A DNA stretch of 64,000 bases from a virus (taxonomy: Duplodnaviria; Caudoviricetes). Of this stretch, positions 29,901 to 39,900 are shown in pieces. Location: the IMG/VR virus record IMGVR_UViG_3300020508_000005, positions 1 through 64,000 of that record. One strand, given 5' to 3'. Made by a program: the position numbers and the translations under genes. Position 1 is the first letter of the stretch; each line of letters starts with the position of its first letter. The notes below the pieces were generated by a model. That model did no database searches. It saw nothing but the letters and a program-made list of their open reading frames with translations, and had not been told where the DNA came from.

Positions 29901-30737
29901 ATGGCAGACAAAACAGCTTTGGGCGATAGAATGAAATCGTATGAAGGACGATTTACCAATCAATCTTTTATGCCTATGGCACCTGTTGTTGCAAGATTAG
30001 ATGGTCGATCTTTTCACACATTTACGCGTGGCTTGAAAAGACCATATGATCCACGTTTGTCAAAGCTTATGCTTGAAACAACCAAGTTTTTGGTCGGCGA
30101 AACAGATGCTCGTTGCGGCTACACTCAAAGCGATGAGATTAGTCTGGTTTGGCTCGCAGAAGAGTGGGAAACAAAAATTTTCTTTGGTGGGAAGCTACAA
30201 AAAATGGTTTCTGTTCTTGCTGCTTTGGCTTCAAGTTTTTTTAACAAAAATTTGCCAAAGTATTTGCCAGAAAAGGCTGAAAGCTTTCCTGTGTTTGATT
30301 GCAGAGTTTTTCAAGTCCCTAACGAGAAAGAAGCAGTGAACTGTTTTGTTTGGAGACAACAAGATGCGACAAGAAACTCTATTCAGATGGCAGCACGATG
30401 CTTTTATTCTGATAAAGAATGTTTCAAAAAGAATTCTTCGGCCCTTCAAGAAATGTTGCACGCCAAAGGAGTGAATTGGAGTGGGTATCCTGAATTTTTC
30501 AAACGTGGCACCTTTGTGCGAAGAAAAGTTTTGACTCGGGAATATAGTAAAGAAGAATTAGATTCTTTGCCGCCCAAACACCACGCTCGAACGAATCCCG
30601 AACTACAAATTAAACGCACTATTATTCAAGAAGAATCTTTGTGTGCACTCACAAAGCTTCCTAATAAAGAAGCTGTTTTGCTGCATGGTGCCGAACCATG
30701 TCGATTACCTACAGATTTAAACTTGTATAGTTCCTGA
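29901..30737 (+). CDS. Thg1-like tRNA(His) guanylyltransferase / 3'-5' polymerase
   Basis: DRMKSYE, RLDGRSFH, YTQSDEIS, FDCR, WRQQDATRNS. Confidence 0.93.
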   Translation: MADKTALGDRMKSYEGRFTNQSFMPMAPVVARLDGRSFHTFTRGLKRPYDPRLSKLMLETTKFLVGETDARCGYTQSDEISLVWLAEEWETKIFFGGKLQKMVSVLAALASSFFNKNLPKYLPEKAESFPVFDCRVFQVPNEKEAVNCFVWRQQDATRNSIQMAARCFYSDKECFKKNSSALQEMLHAKGVNWSGYPEFFKRGTFVRRKVLTREYSKEELDSLPPKHHARTNPELQIKRTIIQEESLCALTKLPNKEAVLLHGAEPCRLPTDLNLYSS

Positions 30738-30857
30738 AGTTTTGGCATGTGTTTAAAACACTGTTGTCTATAAATCAAGAAATCAGAATAAGATGTTTAC
30801 AGAATTTTTTGATTTCTTGTATTTTGAGTTTTGTACCCTTTTTGGAAACAACACCTT

Positions 30858-30930
30858 GCATCCTTAGCTCAATTGGTAGAGTGGTGAACTCTAAATTCAC
30901 AGGTTGTGGGTTCGAGCCCCACAGGATGCA
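30858..30930 (+). tRNA. Amber-suppressor tRNA, anticodon CUA (CCA not encoded)
   Basis: Acceptor GCATCCT/AGGATGC + A73; D-arm GCTC-AATTGGTA-GAGT; anticodon stem GTGAA/TTCAC with loop CT-CTA-AA; T-arm GTGGG-TTCGAGC-CCCAC. Confidence 0.9.
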
Positions 30931-30964
30931 TTTTCATTTTAAGAAATTAGTTTAAAGGCACAAC

Positions 30965-32128
30965 ATGTCAATCATTCGTTCAATTCTTGACACCGATCTT
31001 TACAAGTTGACCATGCAAAAAGCGGTGCTCGATTATCGGCAAAATGTTCCAGTGCGATATGTGTTCAACAATCGTCGTCCAGAAGGAAAGTTCAATAATA
31101 GTTTTGCTTCTGCTTTTGAAGCAGAACTAGATAAAATGAAAGATCTCACTATGAGTGATGATCAATGTAAATGGTTGCGTGAAACTTTGCCATGGATTGG
31201 AGAAGATTACATTCAGTATTTGAAAAATTACCGTTTTGATCCAAATGAAGTGAACTGGGCCATCATTAACGGAGAACTTCAACTTAGTGTTGTTGGAACT
31301 TGGGAACGTACAATCCTATGGGAAGTGCCATTAATGGCATTGATTTCAGAATTGTTTTTCAAGCATTGCGACCTATTATGGGACACCGAACTTAAAAAAC
31401 AAGCGGAGAAAATAGAGGAAAAAGGCCGTACTCTTGATGGCCATACTTTTACAGATTTTGGCACACGTCGCCGACGTGGTTATGAAATTCAAGATTTGGT
31501 TGTTGGAATATTGAAAAAGTTTTCAACATTCAATGGCACCAGTAATGTACACTTAGCCCACAAACACAGCTTATCTCCTATAGGAACTATGGCTCATGAA
31601 TGGATTATGGGCATATCGGCCTTAGAGGGCCTTCGTCACGCCAATAGTTCAGCCTTAAATATTTGGAGTCGAATATTTGGTGGGAGATTAGGAATAGCTC
31701 TCACAGACACTTTTGGTTCAGAAGCCTTTTTTAGGGATTTCAATCCAAAACTGGCACGTCTATATGATGGAGTAAGGCATGATTCAAGTGATCCATTTGA
31801 ATTTGTTGAAAAAACAATAAGTGCATACCGCTCTCTTGGAATAGAACCAAACACGAAAAAGATTGTTTTTAGTGACTCTTTAAATCCACAAAAATGCTTG
31901 GATATTGCAGATTACTGTGCAGGAAGAATCCAAGCAGTCTCTGGTATTGGAACCAATTTTACTAACGATTTTGCAGAATCACCCGCTTTAAATATGGTCA
32001 TTAAGCTTGCTAGTTGTAACAATGTACCGGTTGTGAAATTAAGTGACTCACCAACTAAAGCGATTGGTGATCGTGATGCATTGCGTGTGGCACGTTGGAC
32101 ATTTTTCAATACTCCTTTAGATCAATAG
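30965..32128 (+). CDS. pncB: Nicotinate phosphoribosyltransferase
   Basis: LDTDLYKLTM, DFGTRRR, GTSNV, GTMAHEW, ALTDTFG, GVRHDS, FSDSL, GIGT, KLSD. Confidence 0.93.
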   Translation: MSIIRSILDTDLYKLTMQKAVLDYRQNVPVRYVFNNRRPEGKFNNSFASAFEAELDKMKDLTMSDDQCKWLRETLPWIGEDYIQYLKNYRFDPNEVNWAIINGELQLSVVGTWERTILWEVPLMALISELFFKHCDLLWDTELKKQAEKIEEKGRTLDGHTFTDFGTRRRRGYEIQDLVVGILKKFSTFNGTSNVHLAHKHSLSPIGTMAHEWIMGISALEGLRHANSSALNIWSRIFGGRLGIALTDTFGSEAFFRDFNPKLARLYDGVRHDSSDPFEFVEKTISAYRSLGIEPNTKKIVFSDSLNPQKCLDIADYCAGRIQAVSGIGTNFTNDFAESPALNMVIKLASCNNVPVVKLSDSPTKAIGDRDALRVARWTFFNTPLDQ

Positions 32129-32137
32129 GCTACAATT

Positions 32138-34150
32138 ATGAATAATTTGGGATTTGTTAGGATTGCTGTTTGCTCTCCAAAAATATCGGTTGGAAACCCA
32201 AGGAATAATTATTCTCAAATCGCCTCTCTATTAGATCAAAATGCAGATGCTGATATTGTAGTTTTTCCCGAATTATGCGTCACGGGATATACTTGTGGCG
32301 ACTTGTTTCGACAAGAGTATTTGCTTCAATCTGCCAAAGACATAATCCATGGAATTTCTGCTTATGCAACAAAGAAAAAACATCAATTGGTCTTTGTCGG
32401 TGCACCCTACGTTGTAAATAACGAACTTTTTAATTGTGCCTTCGCCATCAACAATGGAAAAGTAATTGGAATTGTTCCTAAGACTAACATTCCTAATTAT
32501 TCTGAATTCTATGAAAGTCGTTGGTTTCGTTCAGCAACCGGAGACGAACCTAGCGAAGTTTCATTTACAGACTATAACTATAAAGTGCCTTTTGGCATTG
32601 ATTTACTTTTTAAGTTTCGAGATCTGTCTGTGTTTGCAGAAATTTGCGAAGATCTTTGGATGCCAATCCCTCCTAGTAGTTTTGCGGCAATACATGGAGC
32701 TAATGTGTTAGTCAATCTGTCAGCTTCAAATGAAACTGTTGGTAAAAACGAATATCGTGTTGATCTTGTGAAAAACCAGTCCGCAAGATGCATCGCAGCT
32801 TATGCCTACGCATCTGCTGGACCATCAGAATCTACAAGTGATCTTGTTTTTGGTGGACACTGCATTGTTGCTGAGAATGGAAAAGTTCTTGCCCAAACTC
32901 AAAGAGTAGGAGAAAACAAACAATCATCATTTGAAAATGGTTGGTACACGAGTGTTGATGTTGATATAGAGAAATTACAAAATGAACGCCGTACAATCAC
33001 TAGTTTTGGAGATTCAACTCGCACAATCAATAAAAAGTTCCGAAATGTAGAGTTTCTTTTGAAAATAGAAAGCTCTCATGATTCCTTGCCAACACTCAAA
33101 AGGCAAGTTGATGGCAATCCATTCGTACCTGAAAACGCTATAGAAAAAACCAAGCGTTGTGCTGAGGTTTTTGAAATCCAGTGTGCTGGATTGCATAAAA
33201 GATTAGAGGCTTTGAATTTTGGAAATATTTACATTGGTGTTTCGGGCGGGTTAGATTCCACTTTGGCACTACTCGTTGCAGCAAAAACTTATAAAATGGC
33301 CGGTGTTGATGTCGCAAAAATTCATGGAATAACTTTGCCCGGTTTTGGCACCACTAGCAAAACCAAAAACAACGCTTTGGCTTTAATGTCAGCGTTGGGA
33401 ATATCTCAAGAGACTATCGACATCCGTCCAATTTGCCTTGAAACCTTCAAAGCATTGAAACACAAATCATTTGGGGCGATTGATTATGACATCACTCTTG
33501 AAGAGTTTGAAAAAGCATTAAAGTTAGTGCCAAAGTCTCAGAGATATGATTTGGTTTTTGAAAATGTACAAGCCAGAGAAAGAACTAAGCTTTTAATGAG
33601 TCGCGGATTTGTTTTGGGAACAGGGGATCTGTCTGAAGCCGCCTTGGGTTGGTGCACTTACAATGGCGACCACATGAGCATGTATAATGTTAATTGTTCA
33701 GTGCCAAAAACTTTGGTGCGTTCAGTAGTTGATTTCGTAGCTAGAAGAGATAATAAAATGGACGATCTCTTCGCAGTGCTTACAGATATTCTTGACACAA
33801 CAATTTCACCAGAGCTATTACCTCCTAACGAGTCTGGTGAAATTGAACAGTCTACCGAAGATGTGCTTGGTCCATATGAATTGCACGATTTTTATCTTGC
33901 AAACTTTGTAAAGAATGGATTTTCTCCTGAAAAGATTTTGTACCTTTCTGAATATGCAAAATTTTCTAAGACATATTCAACAGATGTGCGTGAAAAAACG
34001 TTGAAAACATTTTTAAGCCGGTTTTTTAGTCAACAATATAAACGAAATTGTGTGCCCGATGGGCCTAAAGTTGGTTCTGTGAGCTTATCTCCTCGTGGAG
34101 ATTGGCGAATGCCTTCTGATGCCGATCCTAGCATGTGGTTCAAGCAATGA
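32138..34150 (+). CDS. nadE: Glutamine-dependent NAD+ synthetase
   Basis: Nitrilase domain (FPEL, PK, EICEDLW) plus SGGLDS, ENVQARER, GTGDLSE, LSPRGDWRMPSD. Confidence 0.95.
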   Translation: MNNLGFVRIAVCSPKISVGNPRNNYSQIASLLDQNADADIVVFPELCVTGYTCGDLFRQEYLLQSAKDIIHGISAYATKKKHQLVFVGAPYVVNNELFNCAFAINNGKVIGIVPKTNIPNYSEFYESRWFRSATGDEPSEVSFTDYNYKVPFGIDLLFKFRDLSVFAEICEDLWMPIPPSSFAAIHGANVLVNLSASNETVGKNEYRVDLVKNQSARCIAAYAYASAGPSESTSDLVFGGHCIVAENGKVLAQTQRVGENKQSSFENGWYTSVDVDIEKLQNERRTITSFGDSTRTINKKFRNVEFLLKIESSHDSLPTLKRQVDGNPFVPENAIEKTKRCAEVFEIQCAGLHKRLEALNFGNIYIGVSGGLDSTLALLVAAKTYKMAGVDVAKIHGITLPGFGTTSKTKNNALALMSALGISQETIDIRPICLETFKALKHKSFGAIDYDITLEEFEKALKLVPKSQRYDLVFENVQARERTKLLMSRGFVLGTGDLSEAALGWCTYNGDHMSMYNVNCSVPKTLVRSVVDFVARRDNKMDDLFAVLTDILDTTISPELLPPNESGEIEQSTEDVLGPYELHDFYLANFVKNGFSPEKILYLSEYAKFSKTYSTDVREKTLKTFLSRFFSQQYKRNCVPDGPKVGSVSLSPRGDWRMPSDADPSMWFKQ

Positions 34151-34731
34151 GAAAAGTAGCTTTATTTGGCGGAGCATTCGACCCTGTTACTTTGGCACAT
34201 CAAATGGTATGCCAAAAAATACACGAAGAAACTGGATGTGAAATATGGCTACTTCCATGTTGGGAACATAAGTTTGGAAAGCAACCTACTCCAGCCTATC
34301 ATAGATGGGCTATGCTTTCCTTGATGTGCATAAATAACCCTTATATCAATCTTTGTTCGTGGGAAATTGATGCACAACACACTGGATCGATGTATGAAAC
34401 TATTCATGGAGTAAAATGCTCGTTCCCAGACGTTGCGTTTCATTTAGTAATTGGAATGGATAACGCAAATGTCATTAAAGAAAAATGGGATCGTGGTGAT
34501 CAGTTGGTTTCACAAAATCCATTTTTAGTAGTTACACGAAAAAACGAAAATTCAACCACTAATTGGTATAACGAGCCTCCCCACAGACTTTTAGAAGTTG
34601 ACAGTGGTATAAGCTCAACTATAATACGTGACGCTGTGGCGAATCAAAAATTTGATGATGCTGCAAAAATGGTCACGAAAAATGTTTGGGATTACATCGT
34701 TAAAAATTCTTTATATGGATTGAAAAAATGA
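34147..34731 (+). CDS. nadD: Nicotinate-nucleotide adenylyltransferase
   Basis: FGGAFDPVTLAH, IGMDN, ISSTIIR; ATGA overlap with nadE. Confidence 0.9.
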   Translation: MRKVALFGGAFDPVTLAHQMVCQKIHEETGCEIWLLPCWEHKFGKQPTPAYHRWAMLSLMCINNPYINLCSWEIDAQHTGSMYETIHGVKCSFPDVAFHLVIGMDNANVIKEKWDRGDQLVSQNPFLVVTRKNENSTTNWYNEPPHRLLEVDSGISSTIIRDAVANQKFDDAAKMVTKNVWDYIVKNSLYGLKK

Positions 34732-35006
34732 AACATCTACTTGGATCATCCCGCAACATACGTCTTGCAGTAAATGATCAAAAAGATAAAATAATTGTCG
34801 AACCAGAAATTGAATGCATTCTTGCTTTGATCGAAAACAATTTTGAATTTGAAGCAACAGATGTTAAATCTGTTCCTAAAATATCTTCATTTCGTTTCGG
34901 TCTTGATTTGGAAGGTGCAAAGCACCTACGAGATTCGCTTGATACTTGGATTGAAGAAGCCGAGTCTTTAAATGGCCGACAATTAGAATTTAAAATTGAA
35001 GAGTGA
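34728..35006 (+). CDS. Hypothetical protein
   Basis: ATGA-coupled to nadD. Confidence 0.65.
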   Translation: MKHLLGSSRNIRLAVNDQKDKIIVEPEIECILALIENNFEFEATDVKSVPKISSFRFGLDLEGAKHLRDSLDTWIEEAESLNGRQLEFKIEE

Positions 35007-35444
35007 TTCAAGATCTTTTAGAATCGACCACTCATTAAAATGAGATATTTTTTTCCGTATCTTGCTGAGATACTTAGATAAATTTTCTTTGAGTTTTGGG
35101 TGTAAATTTAAAGATTTCAAATCTTTGAAGTTCACCCATTTTGCGTCTGTGTGCTCGTGATTAAGTTTTACTGTAAACTGCTTGTCAATTTGATACAAAA
35201 ATGCAGTATAGGGCTTCGTTGTCTGGTCGTTTGTTACTGAATCAAAATTTTCACCCGGCACTTTTTCCAAACCAGTTTCTTCCATCGTTTCTCTAATTGC
35301 AGTTTCTAAATCACTTTCTCCTGATTTAGATTTTCCTCCGGGCAAGCCCCAAGTGTTCGCATTCTTTCCTTCCGAACGCAACAAAAGAAGAATTGACTGT
35401 CCATCCGTGAATAATATTCCTGCTGCTTTTTTTATCTTGCCCAT
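34983..35444 (-). CDS. NUDIX hydrolase
   Basis: GGKSKSGESDLETAIRETMEETG Nudix box. Confidence 0.9.
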   Translation of the reverse strand: MGKIKKAAGILFTDGQSILLLLRSEGKNANTWGLPGGKSKSGESDLETAIRETMEETGLEKVPGENFDSVTNDQTTKPYTAFLYQIDKQFTVKLNHEHTDAKWVNFKDLKSLNLHPKLKENLSKYLSKIRKKISHFNEWSILKDLESLFNFKF

Positions 35445-35908
35445 TACTTGGGGCCTCTCTTCATTGGAACTTTTTTTAGCTTTTCAATATGCCGATCAGG
35501 TTTATCTTTGAGGCTATGCATCGTGTTACGAACTTGAGATACTATTTCAGAGGCGGTTTCAGCATCACATTCTTTACTGTCTTGGACGGAGACCGTTTTT
35601 CTGTCTTTGTTATAAAACCCCTTAGATATAACATAGCATTTTTGCTTAGAATTCCAAGAGACAACACATACCCACTCCCCATTATCCCAATGACGGGAAG
35701 AGATTAATATTCTAAAGGGTTCTTGCTCAAAAACTTGCTTTACATGGAAGTCTTGTTTTTTCAAAGCAGCAGAAGCAAATCCTAGGGTGATTTTAGCGGC
35801 ATTTTTCAAAACTTCATCAGTGCTTGTACGGAAATTAACCTCTACACTGTAGCGTGTATCGGATTCGTTCAAGCTTTCTTGTTTAAGCCAACCTATAAAT
35901 GTATGCAT
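35444..35908 (-). CDS. Hypothetical with capsid-targeting-like leader
   Basis: Likely start MHTFIGWLKQESLNES after GAGG. Confidence 0.65.
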   Translation of the reverse strand: MHTFIGWLKQESLNESDTRYSVEVNFRTSTDEVLKNAAKITLGFASAALKKQDFHVKQVFEQEPFRILISSRHWDNGEWVCVVSWNSKQKCYVISKGFYNKDRKTVSVQDSKECDAETASEIVSQVRNTMHSLKDKPDRHIEKLKKVPMKRGPK

Positions 35909-35995
35909 CTTTACTTTCCTCTTCATATTTAGTCTATTGAAAAGAAAAAAGACCACGTTTGAGTGGTCTTTTGATTTAATGAAATTGCCTGAGGA

Positions 35996-36913
35996 TTAAT
36001 CGAGGGTAATTGGGAGTATGTCACCGAACTTATAAATAAGTTCTTCTTGCCATTTTTCTTTTAACTCCCAACCTTTTGATTTCATGTATTCCCCATCAAG
36101 AGCCATGCCTCCACCCGGTCCCGGTGGTTGCTGATATTTTCCTCTAATATGGCCAAGCATGATCATGGCATGTGCCAAAGCACCTTCTTGCATAGCTTGG
36201 TTTACCTCTTTCCAATCTTTGCATTTTTGCATGTAATGAACAATTACCTTTTGGGCTCTACATGGAATTGGATAAAGTTTTATGTAGCCGGGATCTGAAA
36301 CCCATTCCCATCCGCCTATATTGCTTGAAATTTTACTGAACATTTGTTCGTACTGCTTGTATAAAACCCACTCACCAGCACGACCCCAAATTGGCTGAAT
36401 TGGGTTTAGCATGCCGCCCATGGCTCCTTCTCCTCCACCGGGATAAAAGTACTCCAAAGGAATGGCACCACCTAGATCTGATGCTTGAAATCCCATTTGC
36501 CCGTTTTCTTTATAAAACACGTTTCTAATAAGGCCAACATCATCAGGCATTTTATAGACGCTTTTTCCGGGACTAGTAAAAAATGTGTAATAGTCGAAGA
36601 ATTCACGGCCTGCGTATTCTTCAAATACTTTCATAGACTGATCAACCGCCAAATCTAATTGCTGTTGATCTAACTCTACTTTCACTACTGGGGCACCCAG
36701 CATTAAAAGCACATAATCTTTCAAATCCTCACGAACTTTTTCACGAGTTTTACGAGGTGAAAGTTTCCTGTCATGTGGGCCAACAGGTGAATTACAAGCA
36801 GGAGTGCCGCAACCACCCATAGATGTTTTGCTGCCACCTGACCCACAAAGTTGATCGTATTGTTGTTTTGAGGGACGACCAATTACTAAAGTATTAGATC
36901 CAGAACATGTCAT
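35996..36913 (-). CDS. Neck / head-completion protein (T4 gp13-like)
   Basis: LKDYVLLMLGAPVVKVELDQQQLD, LGHIRGKY, PGPGGG..LDG; likely start MTCSGS. Confidence 0.85.
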   Translation of the reverse strand: MTCSGSNTLVIGRPSKQQYDQLCGSGGSKTSMGGCGTPACNSPVGPHDRKLSPRKTREKVREDLKDYVLLMLGAPVVKVELDQQQLDLAVDQSMKVFEEYAGREFFDYYTFFTSPGKSVYKMPDDVGLIRNVFYKENGQMGFQASDLGGAIPLEYFYPGGGEGAMGGMLNPIQPIWGRAGEWVLYKQYEQMFSKISSNIGGWEWVSDPGYIKLYPIPCRAQKVIVHYMQKCKDWKEVNQAMQEGALAHAMIMLGHIRGKYQQPPGPGGGMALDGEYMKSKGWELKEKWQEELIYKFGDILPITLD

Positions 36914-36954
36914 AGTATCATATATAGGGATAGTAAGAATAGTTTGAGGTAAAA

Positions 36955-39900
36955 GTGAACAAGAGTTTCTTAGACTACATGAATAACAAACAAAAATATA
37001 ACCTTTCAGAAAGTGCTCCGACTGGCATTTCACATTCTGAGCTTAAAATGCCATTAAATTTTCCTCCTCTTAGTAATTTTCTTATGGCAATTGCTGGATC
37101 GGAAGCGGTAAAAGGTCGAGTTCTTAACTGGGTATTTTCTGAAGGCTTAATGGAAGCCAGCAAGAATCGTGAAGTCCTTTATCAAATGGTTCTGAAAGTT
37201 ATGGAGCCAATTACAAAACCCAACAACACAACCAATGTTGTTACGACGCCAAATGTGCCCTTTAAAAAAGCAGTCAATGAAATGGCTTTCAAGCCAGAGG
37301 ACATAGTTGGTCCAGATTATGATGATTCCGAGGAAATCAAATCTGTAGATCTTTTTTCTCCACAAGCTTGGGCAAGATCTAATTATTTGAAAAGAGCCGA
37401 TCAAATTTTTCGAAGAACGCATGGCTTGGGGATTTTAGCTTACTACGAAAAGAACCTTGAACCCAAAACTATGACGATTGATATTGACGACCAAAAAGGA
37501 ACAAGAGTAATTTTTGACTTGCCAACTATTAGACAAAAAGTTCAAGCTAAAAAACTAACACCATTTTATTTTGGAAGCAGACTTAATGAGTCTACTGGAG
37601 AAATAAAAATTGGATACATGCAATTTGTTGAAAAAGGCGACTGGCTACCAAGCATTCATCCAAGAGCTTTGATAAATTCAAATGATCAAAATGGCCCCAG
37701 TCTAGAGCCACTAACAACCATTGATCCAGACACTAAAAAAATAGACACCTCTAGATCAGTAGAAGTTCGAAATAATAAACTTCAATACAACTTTCAGGGC
37801 GGAGGATTCATTCCTAGCAAAGAAAGAGCCGATGAGCAAATTCGTAATATGCGTTTTTATTTCATTAAGGCAGCATCAAAAGATCCAAGTATTCCTGAAG
37901 AAGATAAAGCATATATCAACAGTATTGCTGAATTTATCAGCCAATTACAACAAACAGAAGTGCCCCTAAAAGGAAAAGGAAAAGCTGCTGGCAAAGCTGG
38001 AATGGACAATATGAGATCGGGAGTTGAAGATAGACCTTTACCTAATGATGTTGATACATTCAAAAATCTGATTGCCAAAGGGTTGCAACAACCTTTAAGA
38101 GGGTTTGATGAAGCGTCATTCATCAATATCGATGGAATTGGTAGGAATATAGAAAATGCAAGTGAAGCACAAGCTATTAACCCTGATGAAGGTTGGTGGA
38201 TGAGAGATCCCATAAAAAAAGGCAAAGTAATTATTAAATTTAGCAAACTTCATCGAGAAGCAATTTTTAATAAAATTTTTGAACGTGAAGCAGATGGGAT
38301 TTACACAGGTAGACTTCGATATAACACTGTCAAAGGTCTACAATATGAATCCTCAAATGGAGTGCAAAACATATTTAATCCTAATTCCAAGTTAAACGTA
38401 TCAGCAATTGTAAATAGAGCATTTGATAAAGATTTTAAGCTTAAAAAAGATTTAAGCATGACTGTTTTTCGATTACCAACTGCTGCGGATTATAAAAAAA
38501 TTGGAAAAGTGCAGCCTCAAAGTGAGGCAGATTGGCCTCAATTAGGTCGTCCTAAAAAATTAGGGCAAGTTAAAAAAGAATTGAAAGGATTTACTCCTTT
38601 TATGCCTGAGGCTAATGAAATTATCGAAAAACTTTGGGATATGGGATTTAAGTGGGAGGCATCGAAGAAAGGCCAAAATGAAAATCCTTTAATTCCAACA
38701 GACGGATATGAACCTTCTTATGCTTTTATTAAAAACCCTGCTGGAATAAGAATTAAAATTGCCAAAGAGGGAGAGCTTTGGTTTGCTTATTTTCCATCTG
38801 ATTTTGCTACTGATGAAGAGGTGGCCTTGAAAGGTCACGGGGTCGATGTAAATGCTCCTCTGCTTGGGGCAAAAGGATCTGTCTTCAAAAGTTCTAGGGC
38901 AGGACATATTGAAGCTATGGCTGTTGGTCCTAAAGCATGGAAAGTTATTGAGCAAGAACTTCTTAAGGGGCCAAATGGCAAATTAGGCGAATGGGAAGAC
39001 TGGAGTAAAACACCAGAAACAGATGGGCCTGTATATGATAGCATTTGGAATATTCCAAGTGTTGTAAGAGGTGTTCAGCAAGCAAAAGCTTGGTTTAACA
39101 AGATCTATGGCAAAACAGACGCTATGAAGGAATGGTTTCGTACAAGTAATATAGCTCAAGCCTTGGGCGGAACAACAAGCAGCGAAGCAAAGCCTGCTGA
39201 TCACTTTGATCAAACTGAATTGCAACAATGGGCTGTAGAGTCGTTAAAATTACATTCAAATGACCCTGCATTTCAATTAGGGTGGACTACTCAAGCACAA
39301 TGGGAAGCAAACACTAGTACAAAAAATACGCTTGACGATTATCTACAAACACAATTTGAAAAGAGTCTTTTTGGTGGAAATAAAAAAGCATATGGCATCA
39401 GAGCACTTTTGATGAAGACTGATGCTTATGGCGATATTGCAAAAGACAACAATGAATTGCAACAAGTAATTGATCAAAGAATTGAAGAAAAAATTAAGCA
39501 AGCAAGAATCAATCAAAACATCGAAAGCTTTTTCATTTTACCAGTTTTTGATGAAAGAGATGATCAAGGCAATAGAGCAACACCAGAAATTTACCAAGCT
39601 TATGCGTTAAATGCTTTAGAGTTTCGAAAGAGAAAAGTTGCAACATTTGTTGCAGACAAAATGGGAGAGAAATTACGCAACAACGAAAATAAAGCTACAG
39701 TTCCGATGCCTCAAGGAAAAACCAAAGAAGGTGAGAGTACACAAGTTGATTTTGCGGATAAAGGATATTTGGATATGAGAGGCGAATACGAGCCTGAGGA
39801 TATATCTCACATTCAAAAACTTGATGACCTATATGCCAAATTAGGGATTTCTCCTCAAGACATAATTTCTAGTCCAACTAAGGTCGTAAATAAAATTTCA

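Noticed and set aside
30858-30930. tRNA-Pyl or tRNA-Arg(UCU)
   Set aside because: Canonical D-loop GG, TTCG loop and 5-bp anticodon stem exclude Pyl; the stem register centres CTA, not TCT.
30749-30955. 68-aa ORF
   Set aside because: Overlaps the tRNA and its putative promoter; no SD.
34983-35444. Nudix as a member of the NAD operon
   Set aside because: Opposite strand and coupled to a late-type gene; substrate cannot be inferred.
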